This document shows, in pieces, positions 56,802 to 64,000 of a stretch of 64,000 nt of DNA. Position 1 is the stretch's first letter, and every line of letters begins with the position of its first letter. Made by a program: the position numbers and the translations under genes. The stretch is taken from positions 124,001 through 188,000 of the IMG/VR virus record IMGVR_UViG_3300022752_000015. One strand, given 5' to 3'. The notes below the pieces were generated by a model, which was not told the DNA's origin, did no database searches, and was given only the letters and a program-made list of their open reading frames with translations.

Positions 56802-57785
56802 GTGGCCATTCGTTCGGTCTCCGATAGCATTAATTTTTTTGAATCTGTTTTTGGTAAGGGGCGTATATCTTCCAACGGTATCAACTTTGACGTTCGTTGT
56901 CCAATATGCGCCTCGGCAGATCCAACGAAAAAGAAACTTTCTATTCGCACTGACACCACCGCAAATCATTGTTGGGTTTGTGGGTGGAAGTCTCGTACCA
57001 TAGTTCCTCTAATAAGAAAATTTGGAACTCAAAATCAACTAGCAGAATTCAAAGAGTTGTTTGGACTGTTCGATAACTCTTTTCATCTGGTTACTGGTGA
57101 AAAAGAAGAAAAACAAAAGCTCGAACTTCCAAAAGATTTTAGGCTTTTGACGTTAGCAAATAGTATGGATCCTGACGTAAAGGCCGCCTGGCGCTATGTG
57201 TACTCTCGAGGACTTACTGACAGAGATGCTTGGTACTTCAAACTAGGAGTTTCTGATGAGCCTAGATGGAAGAGAAGAATCATCATGCCTTCATTTGATG
57301 CGCAAGGAAATTTAAATTTTTTTGTAGCTAGAGCGATCGATAAGGACAAAAAGCCAAAGTATGATAGCCCAGACGTAGATAAAAATCCTATCGTCTTTAA
57401 CGATCTAAACATAGATTGGTCAAAGAGATTGGTGCTAGTAGAAGGTTCATTCGATCTAGTAAAGTGCCCAGAAAACTCTACTGCAATATTAGGATCGGAT
57501 CTTGACGAGAGACACGAAATCTTTAATAAAATCTTACTACACAACACACCAATTGCGTTATCTTTAGATGGAGACATGTGGGACAAAAAGACTCCTAAAA
57601 TAGCGAAAAAGTTGCAGGAATATAATGTAGACGTCATCGTAGTTGATGTTCGTCCGTGGGGAGACCCAGGTAGCATGTCTAAAATCGAATTTGAAGAAGC
57701 GTTAAAAGAAGCAAAGCAAATTAGCTGGGACGATAACTTTAGTAGAAAGTTAAAAAAAGCTACTGCAGTAAGTTTTGCATTTTAG
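56802..57785 (+). CDS. DNA primase (DnaG/T4 gp61-like)
   Basis: Zn finger CPIC...HCWVC; YVYSRGL...RRIIMPS...FFVAR...PKY; TOPRIM LVEGSFD...LDGD...GDPG. Confidence 0.85.
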   Translation: MAIRSVSDSINFFESVFGKGRISSNGINFDVRCPICASADPTKKKLSIRTDTTANHCWVCGWKSRTIVPLIRKFGTQNQLAEFKELFGLFDNSFHLVTGEKEEKQKLELPKDFRLLTLANSMDPDVKAAWRYVYSRGLTDRDAWYFKLGVSDEPRWKRRIIMPSFDAQGNLNFFVARAIDKDKKPKYDSPDVDKNPIVFNDLNIDWSKRLVLVEGSFDLVKCPENSTAILGSDLDERHEIFNKILLHNTPIALSLDGDMWDKKTPKIAKKLQEYNVDVIVVDVRPWGDPGSMSKIEFEEALKEAKQISWDDNFSRKLKKATAVSFAF

Positions 57786-57800
57786 TGATAATTAGTTATT

Positions 57801-58715
57801 GTGAGAAAGCACGTAATTACAGAAGCCAGGATTAGAGAAATAATCCAAGAAGAAATAGCAATTCAACAGCTCCTTGAAGAAGGATTTTTAGATTCTGCTA
57901 AAGATGCAATAAAAAAATTGTCAGTTGCAGTTACTAATAGATTTAAGGAAGCAGCAGACAAGTGGGCAAACGTTATCTCTGAAAAGATAAACATGATGCA
58001 GACGATCCCTCCAGAGATATTGACAATCGTCAATGCACTCGAAGAAGGAAAGAAGTCGACAGGAGAATCAATAGAGTTAGATGAAACGTTAAAGCTAGCT
58101 CAGTCTCTCAGTAAAGAAAATCCTCTTGCTTCTGCTGAAGAAGAATTATCTGGTCCTATCTACGCAAAAGCAAAAGAATTAAAAGAAATGTATGTTGTAT
58201 TGTCCGATAATTCTTACGTCAAACAAAGAAAAAACTTACACGAAGCAGGAATAATAACTGGAGCAGGTATTGGATTAGCGATCATCGGAGGTTTACCTTT
58301 GTTATTTAAAGGGTTAACTAAGCTGGCTGTCTATTTGAAAGCTGAAAAATTAGCTTCAATCTTTGAAAAAGCTGAACATGTTACTCACGCTTTTGAGCAA
58401 AAATTTATAAAATTTGTAATCCCTAGCAAACTTTCATATTTCGTATATAAGTTTTTAGCTGAAAAAGGATTTCATACGGCTGGTGAAAAAGAAGTTTTAT
58501 CTTACGAAAGATATAAATCTTCGAAATCAGAGCAAAAAACAGCAGAATTAATCTATAAGGCTTTATTGATATATTTTGCTTTTCAAGGACTAGCAGGCGC
58601 TCTCAAGGCTGGTGCATCCTTGTTAGGATTTGTTGAAGGAACTGCAACAACAGTGAAAGGCATCGAACTAGCAAAAGGATTTGCTGACGTTCGAAAAATT
58701 GTCAGCGGAGCATGA
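57801..58715 (+). CDS. Hypothetical protein with IIQEE-type leader and hydrophobic helices (possible internal/ejected virion protein)
   Basis: MRKHVITEARIREIIQEEIAIQQLLEEG...NLHEAG then GIITGAGIGLAIIGGLPLLF and ALLIYFAFQGLAGAL hydrophobic segments. Confidence 0.55.
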   Translation: MRKHVITEARIREIIQEEIAIQQLLEEGFLDSAKDAIKKLSVAVTNRFKEAADKWANVISEKINMMQTIPPEILTIVNALEEGKKSTGESIELDETLKLAQSLSKENPLASAEEELSGPIYAKAKELKEMYVVLSDNSYVKQRKNLHEAGIITGAGIGLAIIGGLPLLFKGLTKLAVYLKAEKLASIFEKAEHVTHAFEQKFIKFVIPSKLSYFVYKFLAEKGFHTAGEKEVLSYERYKSSKSEQKTAELIYKALLIYFAFQGLAGALKAGASLLGFVEGTATTVKGIELAKGFADVRKIVSGA

Positions 58716-58718
58716 GAT

Positions 58719-58753
58719 ATGAACATACGCATTATCTACGTTACATTTAGATA
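58719..58753 (+). promoter_or_regulatory. Sigma70-like promoter, leaderless type
   Basis: ATGAAC-N17-TACATT-N6-ATG(58754). Confidence 0.55.
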
Positions 58754-61700
58754 ATGCTACGAATTGCGCATACAGCAGACGTGCACTGGCGTGGGCTTAG
58801 TCGACATGATGAATATCGAGAGATATTTTCTGCTTTTATAAATGACTGTAAGAAGAGCCGCGTCGACCACATCTTCATTGGTGGTGATATCTTTCATACA
58901 AAAACATCAGGAATTTCTCCTGAATACATCAACCAACTAACGTGGTGGCTAAATGCCATGTCTGAAGTTGCAGTGGTGCACATCATATTGGGTAACCATG
59001 ATGGTAACCTAACTAATCTTTCTAGGCAAGACGCAGTTTCTCCGATTGTTGATGCAATGAAAAATGATCGGATAAAGCTCTACAAGAAAAGTGGTACTTA
59101 CGAATTTTCTCCTGGATACAATTGGTGTGTTTTTAGTCTCTTTGACGAAGAAGGTTGGAAAGATGTAAAACCAGTCCCAGGAATGATCAACATCGCGTGT
59201 TTCCATGGATCAGTAAGAGGATGCGTAACGGAAACAGGATGGGACATAACAGAAGGCATCAGCACTGATTTTTTCAATGAATATGACTTTGTATTTCTAG
59301 GTGACATACACAAACGACAAATGTTAGCCTACAGAGATGGAAAGCCTTGGATAGGATTTCCAGGTACACCCATTCAGCAAAACTACGCAGAAGAGTTAGA
59401 TCATGGATATTTGCTTTGGGATATTGGTTCAGCATCCAACTGGGATGTTAAGTTTTGTCAACTTCCTAATGTTAAGCCTTACGTAACGATTGATTGGCAA
59501 GAGAATCATGAAAAGTTAATCAACGAAGCTTTGCTTTATCCAAAGCAGTCAAGATTTCGTATTAGATCTAACGTACCAATGTCACAAGGTGACATTCAGA
59601 CGATTTCTAATCAACTGAAAACTACATTTCAAGCAACGGAAGTTACTTTTAAAACAGACTGTAAAGTAGAGACGAAAAAAATCTCAACGTCAGATGTTGT
59701 AATAGAGAAATCTGATATTAGATCTAATGAAGTGATCTTATCTCTTTTGCGTTCTTATGCAAAAGAAAACAAATATTCTAACGTAAACTGGGAAGCGGTA
59801 GAAAATGATGTAAAAAAGTATCTTTCTTTGGTCACAACGACGGATGATTTAGCTAGAGGATCTTCATGGTCTCTTAAACAGTTGAAATGGGATAACATTT
59901 TTGCTTATGGCGAAGGCAATGAGATAGATTTTTCAAACTTGAATGGAATAGTAGGAATTTTTGGTCCCAACAGGATTGGAAAATCTTCGATTATAGGCAC
60001 AATCATGTATTCTTTATTCAACACGACCGATAGAGGATCCATGAAGAACATTTACGTTTGTAACGTAAGAAAGCCTTACTGTTCATCCAGGGCAATATTT
60101 GAACACAACGGTAAATCTTATGTTGTAGAAAGGCAAACGACAAAACAGCTGAATAAAAAAGGCGGAGTAAGTGCTTCAACAGCTCTTAACCTTTTTAAGA
60201 TTAATGACGATGAAGCAGAAGATCTAGGCGGCGAGCAAAGAACAGACACTGAAAAGATCATTAGATCGTTGTTAGGATCTCCTGATGACTTCTTGCTGAC
60301 TTCTTTTTCTGCACAAGGAGAAACCAACGCATTCATTGCATTATCATCAGCCAAAAGAAGATCATTGTTGTCTAGATTTCTAGATTTAGATGTCTTTGAT
60401 AAAATGTACGAAAATTGCAACAAAGAGCTAAATGGATTTAAAGCAAGGTTAAAGAATTACCCAGAAAAAGATTGGGATGCCTTGAAGAAACAAGGAGAAG
60501 ATCTTTGTATAGACCTTCAAAAAAAGATTGAAGATCTGCAGATCAAAATATCTGATACTCAAAATTTGCTAACGGACGTCAAGTACAAGCTGTCTTTGCA
60601 TAAAGATCTAAAGCCAGTAACAAAAATTCAGCTTGAAGCTCAAGAGAAAAAAGTTTCTTCGCTAGAAAAGCAAGCGCAAGAATGTTCTTCTTATATCGAT
60701 TCATTAAAAGCAGAAATATCATCTTTAACTTCAAAACTTGAAACTGTCAATTCTTTTATTGAAAGTGAAGACATTGATGAACTTAAAACCAAACTTACCG
60801 CAATAGATTCTATCGAAAAATCTATCACAAGTCTAAAACATTCTTACGAGTTAGAAACTGCTACTTTAAAACAACAACAAAAATCTCTTGCGTTGTTGGA
60901 TGAAGTCCCTTGTGGTGATGAATACCCCACTTGCAAATTCATCAAAGATGCTCACTTAGATAAGTCAAAATTTCAAAATCAAAAAGAAAAAGAAGCCAAT
61001 ATAAAAGCATCTCTTGACAAGGCAATCAACTCTTTAAATTTGTTAGATAAAAATTCCATAATTTCAAAAATCTCTAAATATGAAAAAGCTGTTGGTTTAT
61101 TGTCTAACATCAAATTGGAAATCTCTAAGAAAGAAACAGAAATTGAAAAGTGCAAATCTTCCTGCGAGATTTGTTTAGAGAACTTAAAAGAAGCAAAGAC
61201 CAAGTTAGTTGACATTCAAAAGGCTTTAAAAAATAATGAAAATTATGAGGTTGTTGCCTTACGTTCAAAATTAGAAGAATTATCTAGTATTGCTAGAGAT
61301 CATGACGATGAAAAGATACGATTAGCGACTCAGCATGGAAGAGCTTTATCTGATCTAGAAAAATTGAAATCTGAAAAAGATTCTAGAGAGAGTTTGATTC
61401 GTGAGATGAAATCGACGGAAATGATATGCGATGCCTTTTCAAAAAAAGGTCTTCCTTTAATGATCACGAAAACTCAGCTTCCTGTCATCAATCAAGAGAT
61501 TTCAAAAATTTTACAAGGTATCGTAGATTTTACAGTAGAACTTGAAAATGATGATGAAACAGACTCTACGGAAATATACATCAACTATGGAGACAGCAGG
61601 AGGATAATTGAGCTATGTTCAGGAATGGAAAAAACTATCTCATCAATTGCAATTAGAGTAGCCTTAGTTAATATTTCAACTCTTCCAAAATTGGATATGT

Positions 61701-61891
61701 TTATAATCGACGAAGGATTTGGAACGTTAGACGAATCTGGAGTGGAAGCATGTAGTAGATTGCTCAATAGCCTGAAGAGGTATTTTAAGACAATTTTGAT
61801 GATTACCCATGTGGATGGAATAAAAGATATGGCAGATCATATTATCGAAATAACCAAGCAAGAAAAAGATTCTAAGGTGGTTGTCACATGA
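58754..61891 (+). CDS. Fused Mre11/SbcD nuclease - Rad50/SbcC ATPase (T4 gp47-gp46-like)
   Basis: HTADVH, GGDIFH, GNHD, FHG, GDIH (metallophosphoesterase); GPNRIGKSS (Walker A), SAQG (Q-loop), long coiled coil, LCSGMEK (signature), IIDEGFG (Walker B), ITH, all in one frame. Confidence 0.9.
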   Translation: MLRIAHTADVHWRGLSRHDEYREIFSAFINDCKKSRVDHIFIGGDIFHTKTSGISPEYINQLTWWLNAMSEVAVVHIILGNHDGNLTNLSRQDAVSPIVDAMKNDRIKLYKKSGTYEFSPGYNWCVFSLFDEEGWKDVKPVPGMINIACFHGSVRGCVTETGWDITEGISTDFFNEYDFVFLGDIHKRQMLAYRDGKPWIGFPGTPIQQNYAEELDHGYLLWDIGSASNWDVKFCQLPNVKPYVTIDWQENHEKLINEALLYPKQSRFRIRSNVPMSQGDIQTISNQLKTTFQATEVTFKTDCKVETKKISTSDVVIEKSDIRSNEVILSLLRSYAKENKYSNVNWEAVENDVKKYLSLVTTTDDLARGSSWSLKQLKWDNIFAYGEGNEIDFSNLNGIVGIFGPNRIGKSSIIGTIMYSLFNTTDRGSMKNIYVCNVRKPYCSSRAIFEHNGKSYVVERQTTKQLNKKGGVSASTALNLFKINDDEAEDLGGEQRTDTEKIIRSLLGSPDDFLLTSFSAQGETNAFIALSSAKRRSLLSRFLDLDVFDKMYENCNKELNGFKARLKNYPEKDWDALKKQGEDLCIDLQKKIEDLQIKISDTQNLLTDVKYKLSLHKDLKPVTKIQLEAQEKKVSSLEKQAQECSSYIDSLKAEISSLTSKLETVNSFIESEDIDELKTKLTAIDSIEKSITSLKHSYELETATLKQQQKSLALLDEVPCGDEYPTCKFIKDAHLDKSKFQNQKEKEANIKASLDKAINSLNLLDKNSIISKISKYEKAVGLLSNIKLEISKKETEIEKCKSSCEICLENLKEAKTKLVDIQKALKNNENYEVVALRSKLEELSSIARDHDDEKIRLATQHGRALSDLEKLKSEKDSRESLIREMKSTEMICDAFSKKGLPLMITKTQLPVINQEISKILQGIVDFTVELENDDETDSTEIYINYGDSRRIIELCSGMEKTISSIAIRVALVNISTLPKLDMFIIDEGFGTLDESGVEACSRLLNSLKRYFKTILMITHVDGIKDMADHIIEITKQEKDSKVVVT

Positions 61892-62181
61892 CGTGGAAAG
61901 ATTATTCGCACGAAAGATTGATTAAAGAATGTTCAGGTTACTACGTGATCAAACCAAAAATTGCAAGAGAAATTGTACCATTGATTTGTCCAGTCTGCGA
62001 ATGTATTTTTAGATCTTCAGAAGATGAAAAATCTTATAAAAGCTTTGGATGCTGTGAAAGCTGTGAGACGTTATGGGCAAGACCCAACCAAGAAAAATGG
62101 AAAAATGGGTGGAGACCTGAAAAAGAGATTGTTCTTTTGAAAGCAGAACAAAAAAAGTTAGATATTCATTTAGAATTTTAA
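61888..62181 (+). CDS. Small Zn-finger hypothetical protein
   Basis: CPVC...GCCESC...W..GWRP. Confidence 0.6.
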   Translation: MTWKDYSHERLIKECSGYYVIKPKIAREIVPLICPVCECIFRSSEDEKSYKSFGCCESCETLWARPNQEKWKNGWRPEKEIVLLKAEQKKLDIHLEF

Positions 62182-62223
62182 ATGTGATGATACATAGTTA
62201 TCTTTGTTTTTGAAGAGGAAAAA

Positions 62224-62604
62224 ATGGCTGATATTGATCTTAGTTCTCTTGGAGAAGCAATCGATACATCATGGGGTAGATCTTCCATGCCTTTGACTTC
62301 AGGTTTTTCAGCAAAAATGTCGCTTGCTGGTCAAAATCAACTTCACTTGGTTTATCAGACTGTGATTAACTTTGCTTCAGAGCGAGAAATGCTTAGAGTA
62401 AAATTATTTGAGTCTGAGCAAGCTGTAAAAAATGTGAAATCGATAGTTGATAACGTTAAAAGCAAATATAAAGATCTGTCTGGACAGTCTTTAAAAGTTA
62501 AAGAAGTTTCTTCAGGCGAATCTGTTGAAATAATTGGTCTTAATGTTCACAATCCAAAAAGAACTGCTTTGTACAGAAGAAAGTGTATATTTGAACTAGC
62601 ATAA
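62224..62604 (+). CDS. Hypothetical protein upstream of the terminase
   Basis: 126 aa; GAGG RBS; its TAA overlaps the terminase ATG. Confidence 0.6.
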   Translation: MADIDLSSLGEAIDTSWGRSSMPLTSGFSAKMSLAGQNQLHLVYQTVINFASEREMLRVKLFESEQAVKNVKSIVDNVKSKYKDLSGQSLKVKEVSSGESVEIIGLNVHNPKRTALYRRKCIFELA

Positions 62605-64000
62605 TGTCTGAAAAAACGTTAACAAAACAGCAACAAGTCAACGAGATAATTCGTTGTGGCAAAGATCCGTCGTATTTTATAAAGCACTACGCAAGAATCC
62701 AGCATCCATTAAAAGGTACGATTCCATTTGAGTTGTATCCTTTTCAAGATGAATGCTTAGAAAACTTTCAAAAGCATAGATTTAACATTGTGCTAAAATC
62801 CAGACAGCTGGGTTTATCAACGGTTTCAGCTGCATATGCCACTTGGTTAGCTATTTTTTACAAAGATAAAAACGTATTAGTTATTGCAACAAAACTTGCT
62901 ACTGCTCAGAACTTTATTAAGAAAGTAGCTGTTTTACTACAATCTTTGCCAAAATGGCTTTTGATGCCCAAGTTTGAGCCATCAAAGCAACAAATATCTT
63001 TTAGCAATGGATCTCAGATAAAGGCTGTACCTACGTCGGAAGATGCAGGCCGTTCTGAAGCTCTATCTTTGCTAATTGTAGACGAGTGTGCATTTATTAG
63101 AGATTTTGACACGATATGGACAGGTCTCTATCCCACGCTTACGACAGGTGGTAACGCTATTCTAATTTCTTCTCCTAATGGAGTAGGTGGTTTATATTAC
63201 AGATTATGGGTTGAAGCAGAAGCTGGGGCTAACGAATTTAATCCGATAAGACTTCCGTGGACTGTTCACCCAGAGCACGATGAAATTTGGTTTGCAAAAG
63301 AAACTAGAAATCTACCAAAAAGAAAAGTTAGTCAAGAATATCTTTGCGATTTTATCACGTCTGGAGATACGTTCTTACAGTCAGAAGATCTAGAAGATTT
63401 AAGATCCAAAATATCTCCTCCTATTGAAAAATCAGGATTTGATAGAAACGTTTGGATATGGGATCACCCTTCACCAGAAAAATCATATGTAATTTCTGCA
63501 GATGTTGCTAGAGGCGATGCATCAGATTATTCTGCGTTTCATGTAATAGATCAATCTGCTTGTGAGATTGTAGCAGAATACATGGGTAAAATACCTCCAG
63601 AAAAGTTTGCAGAGTTATTGGCTGAATGGGGTAAAAAATATAATAATGCTTTCATCTGTCCAGAGAATAACACATTTGGATATTTCGTGAATGTTAAGCT
63701 TAGAGACTCCGGATATCCACGATTGTATTACCACAACAATAAAGGTGATCCGTTTTCTTACTCTTCAGTAGATCCTTCAGAACTACCAGGGTTCCCAACG
63801 AATCAAAAAACGAGAGTTCAAGTTTTAACAAAGCTTGAAGAACTTATAAGAAATAAGGTTTTAAGGTGCCATTCTCAACGCCTGTACGATCAACTTCAGG
63901 CTTTTATTTGGAATGGTAATAAGCCTATGGCTTCTAAAGATAGTCATGATGATTTAATCATGAGTCTTGCTATTGGTGCGTGGCTAGTTGAAGACGGAAG
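62604..64000 (+). CDS. terL: Terminase large subunit (T4 gp17-like); partial, runs off the right edge (not in ORF track)
   Basis: Manual translation open to the end: MSEKTLTKQQQVNEIIRCGKDPSYF...FELYPFQ...IVLKSRQLGLST (Walker A)...GRSEALSLLIVDECAF (Walker B)...ISSPNG...QEYLCDF...ISADVARGDASDYS...PENN...HDDLIMSLAI (RNase H-like nuclease). Confidence 0.92.
   Translation, partial: MSEKTLTKQQQVNEIIRCGKDPSYFIKHYARIQHPLKGTIPFELYPFQDECLENFQKHRFNIVLKSRQLGLSTVSAAYATWLAIFYKDKNVLVIATKLATAQNFIKKVAVLLQSLPKWLLMPKFEPSKQQISFSNGSQIKAVPTSEDAGRSEALSLLIVDECAFIRDFDTIWTGLYPTLTTGGNAILISSPNGVGGLYYRLWVEAEAGANEFNPIRLPWTVHPEHDEIWFAKETRNLPKRKVSQEYLCDFITSGDTFLQSEDLEDLRSKISPPIEKSGFDRNVWIWDHPSPEKSYVISADVARGDASDYSAFHVIDQSACEIVAEYMGKIPPEKFAELLAEWGKKYNNAFICPENNTFGYFVNVKLRDSGYPRLYYHNNKGDPFSYSSVDPSELPGFPTNQKTRVQVLTKLEELIRNKVLRCHSQRLYDQLQAFIWNGNKPMASKDSHDDLIMSLAIGAWLVEDG

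Noticed and set aside
58754-61891. Eukaryotic giant virus (NCLDV) origin suggested by the Mre11-Rad50 fusion and GT cluster
   Set aside because: T4-like terminase, contractile baseplate genes, sigma factors, Shine-Dalgarno sites and overlapping operons are bacteriophage features
1-64000. Alternative genetic code (stop-codon reassignment seen in some jumbo phages)
   Set aside because: Long conserved genes are intact in code 11, coding density is near complete, and TAA, TGA and TAG all end genes at plausible positions
62604-64000. Intein or intron in terminase (and in helicase/primase)
   Set aside because: Motifs follow at normal spacing in an uninterrupted frame; no splicing or homing-endonuclease motifs seen
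1-64000. tRNA/rRNA/large ncRNA genes
   Set aside because: Intergenic gaps are all short (largest ~135 bp) and I saw no cloverleaf or T-loop signature; tRNAscan-SE/Infernal would be needed to exclude these formally

Overview
This is a gene-dense, A/T-rich 64-kb segment of a large (jumbo/huge) contractile-tailed bacteriophage with distant T4-like core genes, read in the standard bacterial code. The left half (1-32.9 kb, all genes on the minus strand) holds a baseplate module: lectin-like wedge proteins, gp6- and gp25-like proteins, a Pro-rich CHAP-like protein and a gp5-like hub. It also holds a gp55-like late sigma factor and an ~18-kb glycosylation island with about 13 glycosyltransferase-like genes, a UDP-glucose dehydrogenase, a PseB/DegT/GNAT-like amino-deoxysugar pathway and an embedded Cas4-like nuclease. 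After an A/T-rich strand-switch at ~33 kb, the right half (mostly plus strand) encodes a degenerate GroEL-like protein, ClpP, a DinG-like helicase, an Hc1-like histone mimic, PIN-PhoH and a second tail/baseplate structural module. It ends with gp4-like, RuvC-like, primase, fused Mre11-Rad50 (SbcD-SbcC) and large terminase genes; the terminase runs off the window end. The most interesting signals are: (i) a probable phage-encoded virion glycosylation system, since the glyco-island lies beside structural proteins rich in [S/T]-[G/A/S]-S tripeptides; (ii) a two-class promoter scheme with leaderless sigma70-like promoters and a separate late-type motif; (iii) an apparently ATPase-dead chaperonin. 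All functional calls come from reading motifs by eye; no database searches were run.
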